Shown here piece by piece: positions 1 through 13,100 of a stretch of 64,000 bases of DNA; positions within the stretch are counted from its first letter, which is position 1; each line of letters opens with the position of its first letter. The DNA comes from Tubulanus polymorphus. Its lineage: Eukaryota; Animalia; Nemertea. The translations under genes were made by a program, and so were the position numbers. The notes under the pieces were generated by a model. It did no database searches. It had not been told where the DNA came from and saw only the letters and a list, made by a program, of their open reading frames with translations. The stretch spans positions 27,118,560 through 27,182,559 of the forward strand of contig NC_134027.1 of assembly GCF_964204645.1 (NCBI RefSeq), given 5' to 3'.

Positions 1-148
1 ATTTTATGCGTACGTAATAAATGAATGATCCCTTATGTCGCTACACGGACTCAAATTCTATTTAAATGCTATTTACCGATTCTCAATTCATGAATAGGTG
101 ATGTTTAAAGTGAATGATAACTGTGATTGTTTTTGTATTTTTGAAAGG

Positions 149-311
149 AATGAAAAGAGAAGATTCGGACGCAGCGTTAATCGATACAGTTTTTCCGCCC
201 GGAGCTGAAATCAAACCTGATGAAGATATCGCCAGTGATAATGAAATATTAGATAAAGATGACAACATTCCTACGATTACCGATAAAACTGATGCAAAAC
301 CAATCGATTGA
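149..311 (+). CDS. Terminal coding exon of an unidentified gene entering from the left
   Basis: T-rich tract and AG at about 130-148, then an open acidic frame (GMKREDSDAALIDTVFPPGAEIKPDED...KPID*) to TGA at 309-311. AATAAA at about 583 and 603. Confidence 0.55.
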
Positions 312-890
312 ATGAATACTTGCGTATTCGTTTGAAATAATTTACTGCTCATGAATTTCTATAAATGAAACAATACCAACACCTGGCATGTGCTCCGACA
401 TACAGTTGATTGATTGAATTCTGGTGTAATGTTGAAGTCTGATTTATTACGACGAACTGCTTTTCAATGCTTTGATTCCTTCCATTCCTCAACGGTTGTG
501 GGAAGGCGACATACGCTATTGCTAACATACTGCGGCAATGTTTCTGTCAATTGGTCGATGATTCACTTGATTTTTTTTTGTAAATAAAACAAATATATTT
601 TGAATAAAATGTTTATATTTTGAACAAGAATTTGGATGTTACATGTATTTTAATTCTGACTCAATAGATTTCCACGGTTGACTGTGATTGCAACAAAGCA
701 ATAAGTAATTATGATTTGTCCTACTCCAATTCGTCCGAGACCGTAGTTGAATGATTGACCCATCTGGGAGTGGACTGACAGAGCTATATAGGCTTATAAA
801 GGATGTTTATGCTGCTCCCTCAGTAGTTGAACTGATGAAATTCCGATAATTAACCCATCGGCCGGACTGTATCGGACAACATTCTACAGA

Positions 891-1050
891 GGGGTCATTC
901 ATTTATTACGTGCGCATTAGGGGAGGGGGGTCAGTGCAATTGCGTACTGTAATGCTTAATGTATATGATAAAATGGCCGATTTTGCGTACAGAGGGGGAG
1001 GGGGGTTGAAAAATTCAAATTTTATGCGTACGTAATAAATGAATGATCCC
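891..1050. mobile_element. About 160-bp MITE (PIF/Harbinger Tourist-like); other copies at 1-32 (end only) and 45041-45200 (inverted)
   Basis: Terminal inverted repeats GGG(G/A)TCATTCATTTATTACGT...ACGTAATAAATGAATGATCCC. The two full copies have near-identical internal sequence. Confidence 0.85.
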
Positions 1051-2580
1051 ATACCAGTCCCACGAGATCAGTCAGAAAATCTTTCCACAGTAATCAAGCG
1101 ATGGAAGATGAAAGCTCCTTTAGAATTAAATTCAAATTACTGTCAGTGTCTTATATACAAACTTTCCTTTATTTACTAAGAAACGTGTGTAAATGATCGT
1201 AGTTTGTTAAATGGAGGGACAAACCGGTTTATTAACATCTTCGATCAGAAATCATCTTTCAGAAAACGATAAGCGGAAATAATAATAAATACGGTATTTT
1301 ATTATCAGTTTATTTACAATGATTGTGTTTTTTATTGATCATGTACGGATTTATTAATTCTCAATGTGATATCAACTAATCAAAATAGATTCGTTCTGCC
1401 AGTAGAAACTATTCATAAAACCAATGAAAAGGTGGAAATTGGAAACAGAAACATGAACTAAAATACAGCTCAACTCAAGACTTGCACTCAGAAATGCTAC
1501 TTTGGACTTGAAAATATTGACGCATTCACTACGATGACCGATATCAAAATGATAACTTACAAGACGTGGTAAATTAAATTGCAAATACAAATCAGGACTC
1601 TAAAATATTGATGACTTCAGCTATGTGACGACTTAATGGAATTAGACTTAGTGTATGGAATTTCCTAAATTCATCGGATTAAATAAATGCAATTATTTAC
1701 AAAATGACAAATGGTTTGATGAAAATTCAACATGAATATCTGTACATGTTTTTATCATTCGCGCATTTAAAACATTTCCGTAAAATTTATTTGTATGAAA
1801 TTCAATTAAAAATATACAGGCAAATTAATGTTATGATGTTTCATTTCATATATAACGACTGAACTGACGATTGTTGTCAGAATTGCACAGTGAATTATAG
1901 TCGTTTGTAGAAATAGATTATTTTGAAGATAGATTTAAAAAAAAACAGTCCAGAAATAGAAATACTAAACAACCACGGAATAGTATCAAAAATATCAGTC
2001 TGTTTTTAAACAACACAACTCGGTTTCACTATCGTCTTCCTAAACCTGACAGACCGTTTATAAAGTACTTCTTGCCGATGTATATAGTGCAGAGGACCCC
2101 CAGAGGACTCAATGAAATGAAAAGGGCTTACTGTTAAAAAGGGGGTCTGACAAATTTAAAAATGGAAACTTTCAATATATTTTTTGATACCATTTCCAGA
2201 TCAGGGACTGCAAATGCTCAGAACTTGGTCAAAGATAAATACCATAGTAACGATGAACTTTTAATTGTCAATATATCAACTATCCACTTGTTAACTCTAA
2301 ACAACCTGAGCAACTGGCCCCAAATTGTTAGGCACTTGACAATGTACGCACAAGAATTGTGCAGCAACTGTAGTGTTGCCTTGTTGTTTTTCAAAAAGGC
2401 ACGGAAATATTGTGACAGGAGCACGTACGTCATGCTGCGTGCGTCCAATCAGGATCCACCCCTAATGAATACGTACTTTATAAATGGTCCTGCGTATAAA
2501 TATAAACTCAGTACAGAAAACACTGTACAAAACAATCAGAGCTGCCTGTGTATCATTCATTAATACAACATCGATTTAAA

Positions 2581-3924
2581 TCATTGTTTGTGTTTGAGTT
2601 TAAACGATTGATTCTGATAATAATAGAAATAATAAGAGATGAATAAAGCTATTAAACTGGTTATTACTATAATAACCGGTATCGATTTACAACTCAGTTG
2701 TAGAAATCGCGGAACACTTTCATTACTGTTACTGTTGTTGCTATCGGTGACCGTAACCGATTCAGTCGTCGTGATATTGTTGCCGTCGACAACGGTCGTC
2801 GTTGATCGAGTCACGCGACGTTTTTCGACGATCGTTTCCGCGGCGACGTCGTCGTCCGAGTCGAATTGAGACGATACCGGTAACGATTGTTTCTTTTCGA
2901 CTTCTCGCGTTTCTTCAACCGGTGCCGTCGTCTGAAATTCAAAAATTCAAATTTGATTTTAAACGACAGTTGATGGAATCAAACTACTCGTACCGGCTTC
3001 CTATTGAGAAACAGATAGAGTTCAAACCAGTCTCATCCGTTTAAGTTTAAATGGTATTTCTCCCCTGTACATCAAAGAAATGCCATTTCTCTCCGTAGAC
3101 GTCAGACTCAATTCAACAGTTGTGAGTTAACTGCTGAGTTCATAAATAAATGTTATTACTATTATTACATACGTTTGATTGTGAAATTCTAGCGCTGGTT
3201 TTCATCCGTCCTCGCGTAGTTTTACCGGTGGCGCCCCCTGCTTTATCCGCCTGCTTACGACCTCTCGACGTTGACCTAGACCTCGACGACGATCGCGAAC
3301 GACTGCCCGATCGACGGGACCGACGACCTCGACCTTTCGGAGACTAAAAATTAAGATTTTAACAAAATATTAATAAGTAAAATCGGGTGAAATTTATATT
3401 TTTGTTTCACTTTCAATTCTGTTTATAAAATATTCAAGTTAATTTTTACCTCTATAGAGGCTAAATATTTATCAACTTCTTCCATGGAATTTTTGAGATG
3501 TCGGACTGGTTCCCAGGTATCATCTTCTTCACCCAATCCTTTCCATCTAATCAAATACTCGTAAAATCTGCCTCGCTTTCGTTGATCTAAGACTTTTTCG
3601 ACCTGAAAATTATAATTTGTGTCAAAAATTAGGGATTCGACCTTTGTTTGCGAGATTTTGCTTATTGTTTCGCACTTCGCCGCTAGATGGCGCCAAAATC
3701 TGGCGTCGAAAACGAAAAGCGGCGGAGTCGGAAACGCTACATTTCAACACTGATTAACTCATTAATTGCATCAATTATCACTCGATCAATTAGCACATTC
3801 AAAATCACTACATTAAACTTTTACTGTTACATTAATCCCTTGTATAAAATGTGCGAGAATTAAGGAGAAATATGAATATAAAACTCGCCTCAAATTGATC
3901 TTCTTTCTTCACAACCTTCGCCAT
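2581..3924 (-). CDS. Chromodomain + RS-rich + C-terminal transmembrane protein, 236 aa; exons 3924-3889, 3602-3450, 3343-3173, 2931-2581
   Basis: All exons join in phase 0. Chromodomain: [39 protein letters not shown]. RS tract: RSRRSGSRSRSSSRSRSTSR. Hydrophobic helix IPVIIVITSLIALFISYYFYYY, then a short basic tail. Intron 1 has a GC donor (GAG|gcgagt). Confidence 0.85.
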
Positions 3925-4135
3925 TTTGAATCGCGTATCCCGTCGTGCACTGCGCATGTGGATTGTTTACACTTCCGGCTGTCAGGTTAGTTTTTGTTTA
4001 CGTATCAATATTTCTCTGATTTAGACTGATTTAATCTGTGATCATCGTGTTTGAATGCTGTGTGTTCATCAATCTAATGTGTAACGATGTTTATTTGAAG
4101 GTTTTTGCCCAAATAGCGTTACACAGTTCGCCACA
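3925..4135. promoter_or_regulatory. Probable bidirectional promoter / 5' UTRs shared by the chromodomain gene and the SEL1-repeat gene
   Basis: 211 bp between divergent ATGs. Contains TGCGCATG (NRF1-like) and CACTTCCGG (ETS-like). A YY1-like CGCCATTTT overlaps the minus-strand ATG. Confidence 0.55.
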
Positions 4136-5399
4136 ATGATGGCTTCCGCGAGTAGCGCTGAAAGTGAAAGTACAGTCAGAGAAAGAAGAGCCCGATATGA
4201 ACCACCACCTGGTGATTGGAATCCAGATTTACCATACGGTGGAAAAGTGTACCTTGCCAGGAAAAAGAAACCGGATCCTTTATATATAAAAATCCTTGAG
4301 GTTAGTGACAGTGTCAGTGTTCAGTTTATTTTCACCAGTAGGTCAAACAGGTGTCGGACTGTCGTAAATGAATAACCCTGGTCTGATATTAATTTTGTAT
4401 ATTTCAGGTTGCTGTTATCTGTTTCACAGTTTGGCTTTGTTATTACTCATATTATTACATCGATCATCTACAGTTCCATGTGACTCATGCTTACGCTCAT
4501 CTGGGATTTGCAGAAGCGCAACATCAAACTGGACAGAGATACATGTTCGGTACGTATTAATCACTGCCACTGGCTAGATGATGGTAGTGATTGTATCCAC
4601 AGTCATCTCTGTCGCTTTACAATCCTAGAACATCAGGGACTAAGATTTGGTGAACAAATTACCGGGTCATTCCTAGAGAAAATGTTCATTTTCAATAAAA
4701 TTTTAACATGATTTTTAGATTCCAAAATCTGAAAATTATCAAAGAAATCATCAGATATATGATAGCAGAATCCTTGCTTGCCACAGTAGCTTTTCCTGTA
4801 TCCCATACAAGCACAATTATGCTTCAGTTGAATATCGGGACTCTGAACAGTTCTGCTGACTTTTCTGTTGTAGATATTTGTCTCTATTGTTTAACAGTCA
4901 TATGGTCCTAGCACTGACTCCTCGGTTCACATCCTTATTGTCATTACTCTAAAATAAGTTAATTTCCATTACTGATAATTTTATTTGTAATTTTCAGGAT
5001 CAGGAGTTGAAAAACACACCGAAAAAGCGATAGATTGGTACAAGTAAGTATCGCGTCCTCCTTCTCCTTACAGCTTGAAATCTAGAAATTACACAAATAT
5101 TCGATCACAGCTATCATAATTATAATTTCAGGAAAGCTGCTGATCAAGGTCATCCAAGAGCGCAGTATGACCTTGCTGTTGGTCATATTAAAGGTCATGA
5201 TACAGGATTGCCGGCCGGGTAGGTTGTTTGCTTGAAATTGTTCTCTTAAATGCGTCAAAGTTAAAAGATAACATATTTAATGATTATCTATTACAGACAT
5301 GCTCATCATCTCCTACATCAAGCCGCGTCACAAGGCGTCAAAGAAGCGAGGGACGCTCTTCAAAATGTCTGTTCTAAAGGAAACACATGCGATATTTAA
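4136..5399 (+). CDS. Small single-pass membrane protein with SEL1-like repeats; exons 4136-4300, 4408-4549, 4998-5043, 5132-5218, 5297-5399
   Basis: Spliced frame gives TM VAVICFTVWLCYYSYYY, then AEAQHQTGQRYMFGSGVEKHTEKAIDWYKKAADQGHPRAQYDLA (SEL1 consensus) and HLLHQAASQGVKEA. All introns are GT-AG. Confidence 0.85.
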
Positions 5400-7136
5400 T
5401 CTCTTTAAATAACTTTTCTGTGGATTGATTTTATCCAATGAAATCGTGTAATATTTTCGTTTATGCATTTATTAATATATCGTGCAATATTCTACAATAA
5501 CTGCTGAATCTCACATCTACTGCCACGGTCCACGATCTCTTTTTCGCGGTCCACGATCTCTTGTTCATCCGTCCTTATTTTACAGTTTTAAAAATAGGCA
5601 ATAAAGTTGTTTTCATTTCAATATTAAAATGTGGTCTCATTGTTAATTGATTATAATCTCGAGTTGTTGGTTGATTAACCTGAAATAGGTATGAGAGTAA
5701 ACCTCGACAAACAACGACAAATGAAATAACAGTAGTTAAGGAAAATCAGAAGACTATTTACTTTTTATCTTGACGTTAGGTTGCGAGATAATAGAATTTG
5801 ACCAGCCAGTACTATGTTAGTTCACATTTTTCCCGCTATCGTTGTACATAGGGGCAGCACTAGACGGTCGATATCGCTATTTTTACTTTTTAGATAAAAT
5901 TCTCTTGATAAAGACTTTAATGTTAATCTTTGGTAGAAATGATCCAAATATAAAAATATCCGATTTTTATTATGGTTATAAAGATAATGCCGTGCTAGAT
6001 TTTCTGCAAATTGGCTATAGAAATCACTAAGCCCTAGTTTTCTATATAATCGTAGACTTGAAGAAACCGATTCAGCTAAATACTCAATTTGATAATGATA
6101 AGTATAACCGATAGGGATTTAGCGGTATTGTTTGAGTGTGTATTGGGTCAATCCATCCATGAAGGTTTTTGTGACTAATGGTTTGACACAGACATGATGA
6201 GCGCAATTCACAACACGAAGTGCTACTTTTTCTGAAGCGTTCAACTACAAACCAATGAGCTTTATTTGACTGAGTCAACTGCAAACCATTCAGTCCAGAA
6301 ATATCAATTTCACCAAATTCTTTAGTTTATTTTTCTTCTTAGAAATGCTTTTTCATGATACCGTACGATATTGTTTACAAATTTTTACAAGTTTATAAAT
6401 TTACTGTTTTATATCAGTAGCTCGGAGTAGACATAATGAAATAACGATTAACATGATTTCACAGAATCTGAATAAATATCTTTATATACAGAAAATAATT
6501 CTAATGATTTTATTTTTACCAGAAAGTTTAATTTCAGATACATACTTCTTTTTACATTAATTCTATACCTTCTCACGATCACGATGAAGAGAGATAAGAT
6601 TACTGGAATATTACTAGATTCTGATCAGGAAAATGACGATCATTATTTGACAAAACGGGAGAATTTCAACCTAAAACTTTTCACGAAGATATAACTTTTT
6701 CCGTCACGCAAATTAATAAGCTTGTATTATATACAGCACAGTTTAAACTAACACCTTAATGAATGTTGAAAATAAATTAGATATTATGTTTAACACGCCA
6801 GGTTTAGGTGAATGTTCAGCGAGACAGGTTTCTACTTTCCTGTAATCATTCTATAATAATAGAAATAAAACAATAAGAGGCCACAGATTATTGCATACTC
6901 AAAATATCGTTTAATTTTCAATGTTGCTAACAACATCTAAATGACCCCTGAAAGCATTTTACAATCGGTATTTTTGAAATCAACGCCAGTCAATGTGAAT
7001 CCTTTCAGATTAACACGGTGCAAGTTTTACGTTCAGTTTTTGTCGACTAGTAACGATGCACATTGATTCCTGAGATCCACGCGTCATATGAAAAGAATTC
7101 TGGAAGATAAATCGCTATTATTTCTATCGATCGCTA

Positions 7137-10100
7137 TCAAGTGAATTTAGCACGTTTTTTAGCTATAGCGTCCTCTACTGCTTTCAATTGTTTAAGAAGT
7201 TCTTCGCGTCTCGAAACCGAACTCTTCTTTTTCTCTTTAGCCGGTGTAACTGTTTTCTGAGCAGCAGTAGCAGCAGCGGCGGCCGGTGCAGCTGTAGTTG
7301 CTGCTGCAGCTGCTGGTTCTGATTTAGTTTTAGTTTGTGATTTAGCCGTCGTAGCTGATGCAGTAGTCGTCGCTGGTGGCTTCATTTTTGGTATTGGAGA
7401 CTTTGCTTTTTCTTTTTCCTTCACTTTATATTCTGCAAATGGAATAATTTCGGGCGTAAACAACAAAATCTAAGAAAACTCGCGTCGAATTTGTAGATGA
7501 ATAAATAATTTACCTTTTTCAGTTTTCTGTTCGTTATCTTTGGCCATTTTCTTAGCAGACGGCGAATTTAATGGGTTTTCAGCCGGTCTCTTCATTGTCG
7601 ATGGTTGCTATAAATTAATTGATTATCATTCATTATCATTATTAGTCAGTCTACTTCATCTAACTCGGGACGACGGTAAGCAGAGTCCGAGTTAAGCATA
7701 GGAATAACAAGAATATTCTTTCTGGTTACATTGACTCAGACAAAAATAGAATCATATTCCAATTGAGTCGGAACTCAGAGATTTCTAAAATAAGAAAGAC
7801 ACTGTGAATGTAAAACGTACCTTTTTAATAAGAGTTAGTTTAATACTCGGTTTCGCTGTTGTTTTTTGCGTGTCTTTAGTTTGCGTTGATAAAACTCCAA
7901 TTTTAACTCGATCGCTTGATTTAGATAATACTTCATGCACTGGTTTAGGCTTCTGTTTAACTGGAGATATTTTAGCAGCTGCTGTGGTAGCTGTAGTTTT
8001 ATCAGGTGCATTTAACGCTGGTGCTTTATCTTTATTCGTAAGTTTTTCTTTATCCTGATTAGCGGTCGATTTGCGTAGTTTCTCTTTAGCAGACGCTGTT
8101 TGTGGGGGAGGGGCGGTTCCTGCCGGTTTCCTTGTTTTATCTTTACCTACAAAAATGAAAATAAAATATCTCAAACTTGAAGCACACATTTTGCAGAAAA
8201 TTAAAGTACGAATTTTGTAAGATAATATCATCAGATAAGTAATAAACATCCATGAAGACTGATAGTTCCTTGTAGTAGGTATTGAGGATTACAAGATTTT
8301 GCTTCTGGTGCAGCTGTTTCATCAGATAACTGAGTCTGCATCCATTCATTTACCTGATGAAACTACTATGTACTAGTAGTGAAAACTTGTATTTCGATAT
8401 AAAATCAGTCTTGTTTTTTTTATCACAAGTAAGCACTATGAAATCAGTCTAACGATGTCTCTCTTCACATTTAATTGTCTACAACTTTTATTGAGCGAAG
8501 TCATCTCTCTGTTTCTGAGTAAAACTTCTTATTTCCCAGGTAAGCACTAACCTCGAGTTGATGGTTTTTTCTTCGGACTATAATCTGAATCGGACGAACT
8601 TCCGCTGCTAGATGTAAAACTACTACGTGAGTCACTACTGCGCGACGATGATGACCCGCTACTAGAGCTAGACGCACTTGAACTTCTCTGTCGTTTCCTT
8701 CTACAACAAATCAATATTTAACCATTTCATAAATACTTTCTTCGTTTAACAAGAATAATAGCGATATTTGAATCAGCGACTGACCTGCCACCAGGGGGAG
8801 CTTTCACATCTTTTCGACCTCGAGTTTTTGTTTTACGATCGTTTTTACTGATGAGCGTAGCTAACGCGGTTCCTACGCCGAATATCTCATTCCCGGTAGG
8901 TTTAGATTTCTTTTTCGATGCTAATTTACTATCGGCTGCAGCAGACGCTGGCTTCGTCGCAGTAACAGATGCAACTGCAGCTGTTGAAACTTTATTGATA
9001 GATTTAGCAGTATCAGCGCTGTCAGGTGTAAGATGAAACATATATTAAAATAATGAAATACAAGTGTTCAATTGGGACTCGGTCCATAGTTGACTGTGGC
9101 AATCGAGGTGTCCCCTTGTGGATCCACCAGGTGTCGCTAGTGCGCATTAGGACAACAATGCTAATTTCTTACATTCAATTTATAATTTCTCAAATTCTAC
9201 AAAACATGAATAAGATGACACTGGTAATATATGAACCCTAAAAATCAATCCGAGTTTATCTAGATAAATCATTTGTTCTAATTTCTGATGCAGGACCCAG
9301 TTCCACAGTTCTGAGTTAAATTTGACTCATATAAAACATTGAAAATGAACTGATTTTAACTCAGAGTTAACTCTAACTCACAACTGTGGAACAGGGTCCT
9401 GGAGTGTAAATAGATTTTGACAAGGTGATATTTGCCAATTGATACGCACACAATCTATTTGAATAGCTGAGACATACCTGACTGAACTAGTGATTTTAGC
9501 TGCTGTTGATTTAGGAATATTTTTCTGCGTAGGACCGACGTCTGGTTTTACCGCCGGTTGTTTACCGTTGTTCGTCGGTTGTTTTGCTCCGGCGATGTTC
9601 GGCTGTTTTAATTGTTTCGGCGGAATTCGTGACGTCTGTTGCTGCGGCAACGGTCGACGAGTTTTACGTTTCAGAGGAGACGGAGATCTTCGAACAAAAA
9701 ACAAATCAGTGAATCGTAGAATTCAATTTGAATAATCAGCGATTAGACGTTGTTTTAACCCCTTCAGTGCATCTACACCGCAGTGCGGTGTATAAATCAG
9801 TGATAGATGTTGCTAGTACACCACACTGCAGTGTATTGATGTAATTAGCAATTAGTTTTTATCTCCATTGAAGGATGGCAGCACCTGTCAAACATAGTGA
9901 AATACTAGTAACTAATGATACACTGCGCCGCGGTGTAGACGCACTATAGTGGTATTCCCGTTATTAAACACACTAGGGTGGAATTTAAAAAAATTTTCAA
10001 ATCATCTCCAGCACTATAGGGTATTAATTAGTCAGCACTGAAAGGGTTTAAAGAAATACCTGGAACTCGCTGAAGATGAACTGTACGATGATGAGTATGA

Positions 10101-13100
10101 CGATGATCTCGATGAACCGGAATAACTATAAATAGATAAACACCAAACGATTAAATTACCGGTGTCAACAAACATCAATAATTACAACAAGGTCTGATCC
10201 AGTAGCAGACGAATGTCAATGGGATACCGGCAAGGCTACTGTGGGTAGCGAGGTTCAGCGATAATCCGCCAGGATCGCTAGTGGCACTGGGTTACCGCGC
10301 TTCAATTTCTTCTACATTTCAATAAACTTCGAGTCAAATTTTCTGATTAGTAAATCAATTTTCAGTGAAATCAATACCATCGACTGTGTGAGAAAGGGAT
10401 TCTTATATCTATCCGATAAGTCATTTAATAATTTCCTCATTTGTAAGCCTAAAAGTAAAGTTCAAATTTCATTGAAAATGAACTGAATTTCACTACGAAT
10501 AACCCGGTGTTTTGTCGCGCCATCTGGTGTTGCCGGTATTCCATTACAAGGGGCAGGCTTTAAGAGGCGAACAAACATTATCAAAAGGGAGCGCCGTTAA
10601 AAAGGGTAGGTATATATAGAATCAAGGGTCTGGAAAATTTTGAACATTCAGCACATTTAAATGAGAGGCACTTCCGAGTTAAATTAAAGAAAAATCTATG
10701 AGAAAAATGTTTTTTTTTTCAAAAGGAAAGCGAAGTCAAGAGCAAGGAGTTGACCCTCGGAGTTACGCTCGGATGTGAATAATAGAAATATAAATGAACC
10801 TGGAAGATGAAGATGAATAACTGCCTCTCGAGTAAGATCTATATGGAGGACGACCTCGCGATCTATCGCGTGATAACGAACGTTTCTTTCTCATCATACC
10901 GGCGCTCGTCGGAGATTTAGATCTATAAAACAAACATTAGTAATTTGAATATCGGTAATTTAAAACATAAACGATAAATACTCAACGTGAAACTAGTAAA
11001 TACCTCCTCCACGGATCGTGCCATTCATCAGCTCGCTTACGTACTGGTAAAGCAGTTGAAACTATTTGAGGAGCAGCTGTAGCAGCGGCAGCTGCAGCAG
11101 CTGTCGGAGGTGGTGGAGACAAACGATGCGATACTCGTCCATACCTATAAATAATAAACCGAGTCATTTGATTAAAGCTGTAGCTATTACTCGGATATCA
11201 ATCTGCTAAAACCTTACAACTACCTCAAACATTGAGATTGATACGAAGATATGTGTATCAATATGATACGTAACAGTATGAAAATATAACGACAATCACT
11301 GTAGCGATAGATTATACGAGGAATTAGGAAAAGCTATAAGCTTACATACATCATTACAAATACTGGACATTTTATCAGTGCATTTTTATAACTAGGCTTC
11401 AAATTACATCGGTGAATATATGAGGTCGCTGGTTGATTGATACCTGTACCAGTTTAATATCTATAACTCTATAGCTGGACAGATTATAAATATGCGTATA
11501 ACATAATGCATTGCACATTAAGCTGATTGAATATAAGACAGCAAGCGATAATGATAACAATGATAACAACTCACTCCTCCGGAGTTATAGACCCAGTCTG
11601 TAGTAATCTATAATAGGAGTGACAACAATAAAACCAAACTGAATCAACAATAAAAATGCTATCATAATTCTTAAGTTAAATAGTTTTTAATCTGTTAGTT
11701 TGTGAGGGGGGGGGGGTTTGAGTAAGTGAAAATGGTTCTTACCCAACTGTCAAATCAACAGGTCTTGATGGAACGGTCCTGTGTCAAACGAACATCAAAT
11801 AATATTTTTACACAGCAAAACTAATAATTAATTCATTACGAGAAATGAACACTAACCCGATAGTTGATCTATAACGTTCTTTTTGACGTTCATTTCTAGT
11901 TTTACGATCGATTTCATCAGTCGGTGCAGATAGTTCGTGACCTCTCGTGTATCTCACTTCAAAGTCTTCGTATTGACCGTCTCTGTAGGACTGTTTAACC
12001 TGATGAGTGTAATAATCTTCACCATCGCTGTAACTATTCAAAAACACCGCACAATGAACACAGTGAACATGCACAATGAACACAGATAAGACCAGTGAAT
12101 ATAACTTAAGCGAGTTTGTTCTGGACTCAGTTCCACAGATTTTGTTTTAAAGATTTGACTCAAACGTGTTTGAAATGCAGTTCATTTTAGAACGATGACC
12201 ACACTCAAACGTCATGAACGGATAATAAGATAAAAACCCACTATCTACAGATTAAAAGAATTTAAAAACAAGAATTTATTTATTCAAACAATCTAAAATA
12301 TATAGAATACGACGTTTCGATCTCACCCTAGAGATCATGGGTTTTTATCTTATTATCCGTCCGTTCATTTTGTGATTAATTTGACTGTTTTAATACATAC
12401 TCCGCATCGTAATAAGGATCTTTATAAACGCGTTCGTTTTCTTTATTATCATCCTTTTCTTCCTTGAACGTGATCGTCATTCTTTTCTCCTCCAAATTGG
12501 TCGTATTCAGTCGTCTCTGTTGAGCTTTCAGTCGTAGCTACGAAACGAAGACAAACCGATCATATTAAAACCTGTGACAAACCGAGTAATTGAAGCGCCA
12601 CCTACTGCTGATAAAACGAACCTCTTTAGCTTGACGTAAACCTCTTTCCCACGCCGTCTCGACTCGAGGTTCCTCCGGTGGAGGTTCTAACGGTTCTTCC
12701 TCCGCCTCTTCCTCTTCTAGTATTTCTATCTGAGGTCTAGGAGGAGGTCCACGATTGACGTTTCGATTGAAGATACTCGGTGTGTCTAACAGAGTCCAGT
12801 TACCTAGAAACACAAAACAAACCAATCAAATACATGGAAACTGGAATAGAGTTTATTCATCTTATTGCTTAATCAGTCTTTTTTTCTGGGACTGCAGTTG
12901 CTCAAAAGTTGGTTGGAGATAACCGGCAGTTAAATACCATAGTAACAATGAAATTTTAATTATCACTATGTCAACTATCAACTGGTTACACTTTTGAGCA
13001 ACTGCAGCCCAAGGACTTTTGCTCATTGGCTGTGAAATCAGTATTTCTGAAGTTGACTATTCGGATATAGATGAGTGAATCAACTCTAGTTCAAAAAACC

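Noticed and set aside
2162-2563. 133-aa ATG-initiated ORF
   Set aside because: No recognisable motif. It lies antisense in the probable 3' UTR of the chromodomain gene.
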